Below, in pieces: positions 1-6,145 of a stretch of DNA of 11,844 nucleotides (positions within the stretch are counted from its first letter, which is position 1; every line of letters starts with the position of its first letter). Origin of the DNA: a bacterium (GTDB taxonomy: Bacteria; Zhuqueibacterota; Zhuqueibacteria; Oceanimicrobiales; Oceanimicrobiaceae). Below the pieces are notes generated by a model, which was given only the letters and a program-made list of their open reading frames with translations, did not search any database and was not told the origin of the DNA. The translations under genes were made by a program, and so were the position numbers. Location: the NCBI GenBank assembly GCA_046757025.1, contig JBHHXN010000160.1, forward strand, positions 1 through 11,844, read 5' to 3'.

Positions 1-52
1 AACTCTCAGGCTCAAACTTTTTTTTGCTTAGAATGAACTGTCGAAGTTGGGG

Positions 53-289
53 TAGCGCGGCGGAGCCGCAAATGTTTAAAGGACTTGCTTTGTTGTGGTC
101 CAAACCATGGTGCTATTATCAGCCGTCATTAAGCTTCGCTGTCATTGACAGAGGTGAATTATTGCTGCTGTCTAAAATGACGCCAAAGGCAAATGACCTG
201 ATGACTTTATGACGGGTCGTGTCATTCACTTCGCGTCATTTAGCCATTTTCTTGTAAAAAAATGCAAAAGTTCAGAAGTAATACTATAA
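53..289. repeat. 237-bp dispersed structured repeat, copy 1 (possible non-autonomous mobile element)
   Basis: Direct comparison: 53-289 matches 11530-11766 in the same orientation with 2 substitutions (81 G vs 11558 T; 135 T vs 11612 C); the flanks differ. Begins TAG plus a GCGGC-GGA-GCCGC hairpin (57-69) and ends AATACTATAA. Confidence 0.95.
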
Positions 290-330
290 GACGTGGTTGT
301 GTCTGGAATATGAGGCGAACGGATGCCACA

Positions 331-350
331 CCTGCCTGGAAGCAGACAGG
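331..350. repeat. Short REP-like imperfect palindrome CCTGCCTG-GAAG-CAGACAGG
   Basis: 8-bp arms with one mismatch and a 4-nt loop. From recall it resembles a common small extragenic palindrome type (CCTGCCTG..CAGRCAGG). Single copy in the window. Confidence 0.45.
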
Positions 351-455
351 GGATAATTAAGGAGTTACCATAACATACGTACCCGAGCTGGTAAGCATTA
401 ATTGAAAGCCTAATTACGCGATTCTGAGGGGGCGGGGTTCTGTGTTCAAGCTTCA

Positions 456-588
456 GAGCCTGTGTGAAAATGTGACACAAGCATCTTGCTTGCGAGAATG
501 GATTGCTAAGAAAACAAGAACTTAGCTTGAATTATAGACCTGTTTTAACAAGCCAGAGGCTTGTTTTACCATGTTTTCACACAGTTTC
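456..588. mobile_element. 133-bp MITE with IS1182-like terminal inverted repeats and a 4-bp target duplication
   Basis: Left end GAGCCTGTGTGAAAA (456-470) and right end TTTTCACACAGTTTC (574-588) are 13/15 inverted, with the inner 11 bp perfect. TTCA is directly repeated at 452-455 and 589-592. No credible internal gene. The family assignment rests on recalled resemblance to IS1182 ends (..TTTTCACACAG..). Confidence 0.75.
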
Positions 589-849
589 TTCAGCTTGCCC
601 GGGGGTGGGGACAACCACGCCAGAGTGCGGACTCCAACTCTGTCGTCCATTACTAAATAAATTCAAGGCACAACCGGTCAAATCGGCGTTTTCATAGGGG
701 ACGGCAGGGTTAATAAAATAGTCAACAGTACAGCGAATTTTATTCTTATTGTGCAGAGATGCCTCATAAATTGACCATTCATTTCACGACTTATTAGCGT
801 TTTGGTTAATTATTTCTCATTTCTGAAATTTCTTAAAATTGAGAATTCT

Positions 850-864
850 GTAAACCGGGTTTAC
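850..864. promoter_or_regulatory. Operator-like palindrome GTAAACC-G-GGTTTAC
   Basis: Perfect 7-1-7 inverted repeat in AT-rich intergenic DNA ~170 bp upstream of the 1035 start; resembles LacI/GalR-family operators. Confidence 0.45.
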
Positions 865-955
865 CAATTCTGAGAAAAGAAATCACCGAAGGCTGGCGAT
901 AGAAACCATTCACTGAAGCTAATTTTAATTTTTACAGTCATCTGTAATAAAAATC

Positions 956-966
956 AAACCCGGTTT
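956..966. promoter_or_regulatory. Second operator-like palindrome AAACC-C-GGTTT
   Basis: Exact reverse complement of the core 852-862 (AAACCGGGTTT); lies ~70 bp upstream of the start codon. Confidence 0.35.
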
Positions 967-1034
967 TGGAGCAAATAAAATGGCATAATTTTTGGGCTTA
1001 GTTGTATGTTTTCAATCCGGAGGACTTCATTCAA

Positions 1035-3176
1035 ATGAAACAAACTCTCATTAACGGGGCAATCGCTGGCTACCTGTGTGTCAGCATAACCGGGGGATTT
1101 TGCCAAGAATGGCTCTGGGTGCAGGACGACCGGGTGCTGAATCCCAGTGGCCTGGACATCCGCAGCAACAGCACCCAGTTTCAAGTGCTGGACTGGAACG
1201 GCGACGGCTTGTGGGATTTTATGATCAACGAGACCGGCGAAATAGTGTATTACGAGCAGGTTCCGGGGCAGGAGCCATTCTGGACTGTAAAAGCCATCGA
1301 GCTGCCGAAGATCGGTTTCAATCTTGAATATTCTGGCTTGCTGCCCGGTAATTTTCAATTCTTTGACTGGGACGAGGACGGCGATTTTGATTTAGCCGCG
1401 GACAGTTCCCGATTCTGGTGGAACCAGGGCAGCAACTTCACACCTGTATGGATTATTGATGATGCGCTTTTGAGCGGGATCAAATTCGATGATTCAGACC
1501 TCGGTTGCAATTTCTGTTTTAGCGATTACGACGGAGATGGTGACTGGGATGTGCTGGCTAGTCGTCCGGAATATTTTGAGATACGACTCTTCTTGAATGC
1601 AGGCGATAACAATCAACCGACCTGGCTCAAAGATGATATATTGATCCCCTTCGGGCGGTCAATTCCATTTGGACACTCTGCGAAGTTTGTGAACTGGGAT
1701 TCGGATAGCACATTGGATTTGGCGGTACTCGACATATTGGCTGGCACCCAGGTTTTCCCGACCGGATTCGGTGCGGCTGGATTTGTAAACCGGGGGATAG
1801 CTCTTGCACCGGATTGGCAAGACCTTCGTTCCGTTCGCCTTTTCTGGACGAGCCTGAAAACACCTGTGGCGCCCGCGTATGGTCTTGTGAATTACAATCA
1901 GGACTTTTTAACCGATGTTGTTAAAACCGATTGGCAGCGCCATATTGCCATCCATTTCAATAAAGGTACGATCGATTCCGCATTGATCGATTGGGAAGGT
2001 GATTTGCTTCTTGGGGCTGTGAATGTCGAATCCAGAGCGAGACCGTTTTTCTACTATGCCCATGGCGACGACCTGCCAGATCTATTAGTAACGGGGGACT
2101 CTCTCATCGACTTTTTTGTCAATGTTTTTTATGATGGCCGCATGCACACCTACCAGAATTTGGACGGACAGTTTGACCCTGGAGTCGAATTAACAGAAAA
2201 CGTCCCCAGCACCGCCTACACGTTCTACCCGAATTTCCAGAAGAGTCTAACCTTGACGATCGCCGACGTCGATGTTGACGGCGACCATGATTATCTGATG
2301 GGATTCATCCAAACCGATCAAGCCGGAAATGCCGTGAGCAAGGGCGTGCTCTATTATCAAAATATCGGCACGGCCGCCCAACCCAACTGGCAGCCCGATT
2401 CCACCCGCTTTACTTACTTTCTTGCGCCCGACTCCAATTTCTACGACCCGCGCCTGGTGGATATCGACCACGACGACGATTTCGACTTGTTCATTCAAAG
2501 GCAGGGGAAATACACTTTTTACGAGCGCCTGAATAGTGCTGAGGAAAGCTGGCGGCAAAACGAAGCCTGGCTGTCCGGTCTGGATTCGCGGGAGCATTAC
2601 AGCGCGGTGTTTGCGGATTTGACCCGCGACGGTAAACAAGACCTGGTGTTTGGCGGGTTTGACGGCACGCTGAGCTTTTTTGAGAATGTCGGCGCCGCGA
2701 GCGCCCCGGCCTGGAAGCACATACCAGAAGCCTTTGCCGGCCTCGATGTCGATTCCTTGGCAGCGCCGGCCTTCGCCGATATCGATGGAGACAGCCGTTT
2801 GGACATGGTGGTGGGCAACGCCCACGGCTGGCTGTTCTACTTCCGCAACGAGTCCACCGTGGACGTTTCCTCAGAAGCCGACTCGAGACCAGGACAATTT
2901 CAACTATTCCAGAACTATCCCAACCCCTTCAACCCGGCCACCACGATTGAATACGAGCTGGCGAAACCCGGTCACGTGCAGCTTACCATCTACAACCTCC
3001 TGGGTCAGCGCGTGCACACCCTGGTGGACGCGTGGCAACCGGGGGGGCGCCATCGCGTGGTCTGGGATGGTCTGGGAGAAAACCGGCTTGCCTTGACCAG
3101 CGGTATTTACTTCTACGAGTTGCGACACGGCAATCTGTCACTGTCAATCAGGCGTAAGATGGCGCTCATTCGCTGA
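1035..3176 (+). CDS. Secreted FG-GAP/VCBS-type repeat protein with C-terminal T9SS type A / FlgD-Ig-like sorting domain (paralog 1)
   Basis: Long ORF. Start moved from TTG 1002 to ATG 1035 (GGAGG at 1019-1023; signal peptide MKQTLINGAIAGYLCVSITGGFC|QEW). About 10 DxDxDG-type motifs (DWNGDG, DWDEDGD, DYDGDGD, DVDVDGD, DLTRDG, DIDGDS and others). C-terminal QNYPNPFNPATTIEY..IYNLLGQ..SGIYFY..RKMALIR. Confidence 0.9.
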   Translation: MKQTLINGAIAGYLCVSITGGFCQEWLWVQDDRVLNPSGLDIRSNSTQFQVLDWNGDGLWDFMINETGEIVYYEQVPGQEPFWTVKAIELPKIGFNLEYSGLLPGNFQFFDWDEDGDFDLAADSSRFWWNQGSNFTPVWIIDDALLSGIKFDDSDLGCNFCFSDYDGDGDWDVLASRPEYFEIRLFLNAGDNNQPTWLKDDILIPFGRSIPFGHSAKFVNWDSDSTLDLAVLDILAGTQVFPTGFGAAGFVNRGIALAPDWQDLRSVRLFWTSLKTPVAPAYGLVNYNQDFLTDVVKTDWQRHIAIHFNKGTIDSALIDWEGDLLLGAVNVESRARPFFYYAHGDDLPDLLVTGDSLIDFFVNVFYDGRMHTYQNLDGQFDPGVELTENVPSTAYTFYPNFQKSLTLTIADVDVDGDHDYLMGFIQTDQAGNAVSKGVLYYQNIGTAAQPNWQPDSTRFTYFLAPDSNFYDPRLVDIDHDDDFDLFIQRQGKYTFYERLNSAEESWRQNEAWLSGLDSREHYSAVFADLTRDGKQDLVFGGFDGTLSFFENVGAASAPAWKHIPEAFAGLDVDSLAAPAFADIDGDSRLDMVVGNAHGWLFYFRNESTVDVSSEADSRPGQFQLFQNYPNPFNPATTIEYELAKPGHVQLTIYNLLGQRVHTLVDAWQPGGRHRVVWDGLGENRLALTSGIYFYELRHGNLSLSIRRKMALIR
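2928..3042 (+). repeat. Intragenic direct repeat: sorting-domain coding segment shared with 5098-5212
   Basis: Ungapped hand alignment: 12 mismatches in 115 bp (~90% identity), offset 2170 bp. Confidence 0.9.
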
Positions 3177-3195
3177 GCGCCGAGAGGTGTAGAAG

Positions 3196-5343
3196 ATGAA
3201 AATTTGCCTCGCCTTTTCATTATGCATGCTTGTACCGCTGATCCACGTTCACCCTTCATTTGCACAAGAATGGGTCTGGCAGCGAGATGATCTGGTTCTC
3301 AATCCCTCTGGGCTCGATCTGACTGATGTCACTAGTTGGGCCTGGGGCGATTTAGACCGGGACGGGCACGTAGATGTAATCTTAAGAAAGAAGGGTTCGA
3401 CCGTTGACAGCCGTTTGGTGGCGTATCGTGGCCGTAATTCCTCCGCGCCGCCTTACTGGGAGGAGGCACCAGAGTTGCTCGCCAGCTTGGATGAGTCACG
3501 AGGATCCAAAGGTGTCGTCCTGGTAGATCTAAATGGCGACCATTGGCTAGATTTGGTTACAGAGTTCGAAGCCGATCGTTTCACTTCGACGTGGAATTTG
3601 CTTTTTTGGAAGAAGGATTCTGAGAACCGGTGGCAGGCCGATTCCACGGTTTTTCGAGGCATTGAGCTAGCCTACCCATATCGCTCGAATGAGCCACATT
3701 TCGCCGATGCGGACAACGACGGAGACCTTGATATGGTACTCGGATCGTATCCTTGGGGAGCAAATGAGAAGTTCCGTTTCTACATCAATGCAGGGGATGC
3801 CTCTCATCCGATCTGGGAAGAAGACTCCACTCGCATCGAGTTGGTAAACCAGGCTCCTGCGGGGTACGAGAGTTGGTCTCCCATCCTCGCACACGTCGAT
3901 GACGACCAGCTCCTGGACTTGGTGGTGGCTTACGTAATTGAAGGTTTTTACGGTTTGGCAGTTTATCCTGGTGTAACGGATGGATTGGATTTCCACTGGG
4001 CAGGTAGGCCTCAATATTTTCAACAGGAGTTCTTTGGAGGCATTCGCAAGCTCGTGCCTATTGATATGAACTCGGATCGGATGCAGGAGTTAGTCATCCT
4101 CGAGGAGGTTGCAACTGGAAGAGTGTACCACGACAGGTCATTCGCCAGCTCGAGCTATTTTCGCCTGGGTCCGATCAATTTCAACTATTACGCCTCCGCG
4201 ACTCCATTTGACTACAACCACGATCAGACCATGGAGCTGTTAGCGGGCGGATTCTGGGGTGGTTTCTATTCGCAGATTGACTTTGATTCTTATGAGAAAG
4301 CTGAATGGGTGGGATGGCAGTTGTGGAAACAAACAGGGTGGTTCGATGCGCCGTTCAGGATTTATGACCTGGCGCTCGTCAAGATTGGACTCACCGATAT
4401 AGATCGCAATGGTCTTTCCGACTTGATCATCTCGTCCGTGAAGTCTTATTCTGAGAGAACGGACTTCATGGCCTATGAAAATGCCGACCCCAATTTGCGG
4501 GAAAACTGGAACGAGCGTAACGATCTCATCGCGCCGTTTTATAACCAAGGCCGCGCTCCCGATACCAGCTACTTCGAAGCCAGTTTTGCTGACTTGGACG
4601 GTGATGGCGATCCCGATATCTTGGTTCAGCAGAAACTCTACGTCGGTCCCGACAGCGGCAAGTGCGCATATCGTTTTTTCGAAAATGAGCTCGGAGCGGG
4701 GACGATCCATTGGAAAGCCCGTTCGGACTGGCTGAATGGTCTGGAACCGAGCCTTGAGGAAGCCTTTTATGGTAACTTCGGGGACCTGGATCTGGACGGC
4801 GACCACGACTTGGTTTTTGGTACGGAGTCAGGCACACTTATGTTGTACGAGAATGTTGGCAACCAGACTTCACCGAGATGGCGGCTAAACCGAGATGCCT
4901 TTAGCGGAATAGATTTAGGTGGTTATGCGACGCCGTCCTTTGGTGATTCGGATCGTGATGGTAAATTGGACATGTTTGTCGGCACCAGATCAGGGAATCT
5001 TGTTTTCTATCGAAATGAGACCATTGTGAAGGTTGAAGAGGATAATTCTGATCTCAGACCAGGTGCATTCAGCTTAGCGCAGAACTTCCCGAATCCGTTC
5101 AACCCGGCCACCACGATTGAGTACGAGCTGGCCAAACCCGGCCGCGTGCAGCTTGCTATTTACAACCTCCTCGGTCAGCGCGTGCGCATCCTGGTGGACG
5201 CGCGGCAGCCGGCCGGAAGTTATCGTGTGCATTGGGACGGGAGAGTAGAGGGTGGAGCAAAGAGGGTAGCCAGCGGCGTGTACGTGTACGAGTTGCAAGT
5301 AGGGAAATTCACCGCCAGAAAGAAATTGCTTTTGATTCGTTAA
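3196..5343 (+). CDS. Secreted FG-GAP/VCBS-type repeat protein with C-terminal T9SS type A / FlgD-Ig-like sorting domain (paralog 2)
   Basis: 715-aa ORF with a GAGAGG RBS, starting 19 bp after paralog 1. Signal peptide ends SFA|QEWVW. About 10 DxDxDG motifs (DLDRDG, DLNGD, DADNDG, DIDRNG, DLDGDG, DLDLDG, DSDRDG and others). C-terminal QNFPNPFNPATTIEY..SGVYVY..KKLLLIR. Confidence 0.9.
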   Translation: MKICLAFSLCMLVPLIHVHPSFAQEWVWQRDDLVLNPSGLDLTDVTSWAWGDLDRDGHVDVILRKKGSTVDSRLVAYRGRNSSAPPYWEEAPELLASLDESRGSKGVVLVDLNGDHWLDLVTEFEADRFTSTWNLLFWKKDSENRWQADSTVFRGIELAYPYRSNEPHFADADNDGDLDMVLGSYPWGANEKFRFYINAGDASHPIWEEDSTRIELVNQAPAGYESWSPILAHVDDDQLLDLVVAYVIEGFYGLAVYPGVTDGLDFHWAGRPQYFQQEFFGGIRKLVPIDMNSDRMQELVILEEVATGRVYHDRSFASSSYFRLGPINFNYYASATPFDYNHDQTMELLAGGFWGGFYSQIDFDSYEKAEWVGWQLWKQTGWFDAPFRIYDLALVKIGLTDIDRNGLSDLIISSVKSYSERTDFMAYENADPNLRENWNERNDLIAPFYNQGRAPDTSYFEASFADLDGDGDPDILVQQKLYVGPDSGKCAYRFFENELGAGTIHWKARSDWLNGLEPSLEEAFYGNFGDLDLDGDHDLVFGTESGTLMLYENVGNQTSPRWRLNRDAFSGIDLGGYATPSFGDSDRDGKLDMFVGTRSGNLVFYRNETIVKVEEDNSDLRPGAFSLAQNFPNPFNPATTIEYELAKPGRVQLAIYNLLGQRVRILVDARQPAGSYRVHWDGRVEGGAKRVASGVYVYELQVGKFTARKKLLLIR
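5098..5212 (+). repeat. Intragenic direct repeat: sorting-domain coding segment shared with 2928-3042
   Basis: Second copy of the 115-bp, ~90% identical segment. Confidence 0.9.
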
Positions 5344-5592
5344 AATTTTCGCTTAATTTAACTACTCAACGGAATTTCAGTTTAAATGAAAATATTTTTT
5401 CGGAACCGACTTTTGCAACATCACAAGGTGACGATATTCATGGTGAACAAAGTCGAACCATGATGCTGCGCATTTAACTAATTTTCAATAAATTGCCCAG
5501 CTCTTCACCCTGTGGGAAGTCGTAGGGTGCGTCAGGATAAAAAAAATAAACAGAAGTCCATTTTTTCAGAAACCAAAGGAGGTAAGGGGCGC

Positions 5593-6054
5593 ATGGCACA
5601 GATAAAATCTAAAATTGCACAGCAGGTGGAAAAGGATCACGATCTGTTGAGGCAGGATATCGGCGATTTGAAAATCACTTTCTGGGAAGAAGTTTTGCCA
5701 GAAGATTTTTCCAACTGGCGGCTGGAGTGCATCTGGCAGCTCAGGGATTTCAAAAACCGGCTATTAAAACACTTCGATCTGGAAGAAGAGGGCGGATTCA
5801 TGCAGGATGTTCTAAATGTCGCGCCGCAAGCTGAGCGCCAGGTGCAGCAGTTGAAAGCCGAGCACGAGCAAATTTCAGCCCAATTAGATGAAGTGCTGGC
5901 AGAGCTGAAGGAGATGCCCGAAAAGGATGCCAAAAGTTTGGATACCATTCGGACTAAATTAAATGATATCATGAACACCATTCGCAAACATGAAAATGAA
6001 GAGCATAAACTCCTGCAAAAGGCGTACTATCGCGAATATGGGGGACCAGCGTGA
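5593..6054 (+). CDS. Hemerythrin-like (HHE cation-binding) domain protein
   Basis: Start placed at ATG 5593 after AAGGAGGTAAGGGG. All-helical, 153 aa, with H..HxxxE..H..HxxxE ligand spacing (DHDLL, HFDLEE, EHEQI, HENEE). Confidence 0.85.
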   Translation: MAQIKSKIAQQVEKDHDLLRQDIGDLKITFWEEVLPEDFSNWRLECIWQLRDFKNRLLKHFDLEEEGGFMQDVLNVAPQAERQVQQLKAEHEQISAQLDEVLAELKEMPEKDAKSLDTIRTKLNDIMNTIRKHENEEHKLLQKAYYREYGGPA

Positions 6055-6145
6055 TTTATTTTGGCATTTTAATGAAATTTGAAATGATCAGAAATTAAAT
6101 GTAATGAATCTTATTTGAAGATGTTATTGAAACGGAGGATTTAAC

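Noticed and set aside
177..200. c-di-GMP-I riboswitch-like words (GACGCCAAAG, GGCAAA) in the 237-bp repeat
   Set aside because: The motif order is reversed relative to the consensus and the GNRA-capped stem is missing.
172..243. Integron attC site
   Set aside because: The bulged hairpin lacks RYYYAAC/GTTRRRY ends, and there is no cassette organisation or integrase.
24..697. Short ORFs 24-212, 226-480 and 503-697
   Set aside because: They cross repeat or MITE boundaries, lack an RBS and have no recognisable motifs.
2928..5212. Diversity-generating retroelement TR/VR pair
   Set aside because: Only 5 of 12 mismatches involve adenine, both copies are in-frame sorting-domain coding sequence, and no reverse transcriptase is present.
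954..5477. Antisense and alternative-frame ORFs over the two repeat-protein genes (e.g. 2247-2825, 4240-4806, 2680-3096)
   Set aside because: Shadow ORFs of well-supported genes; no protein-like features.
1002..5592. ORF-track starts at 1002 (TTG) and 5512 (GTG)
   Set aside because: The downstream ATGs at 1035 and 5593 have Shine-Dalgarno motifs and give better N-termini.
5344..6145. SAM riboswitch upstream of the Met-metabolism gene
   Set aside because: No SAM-I core (ATC..GAG..GCAACC..GTGC..GAT) or other SAM consensus recognised.
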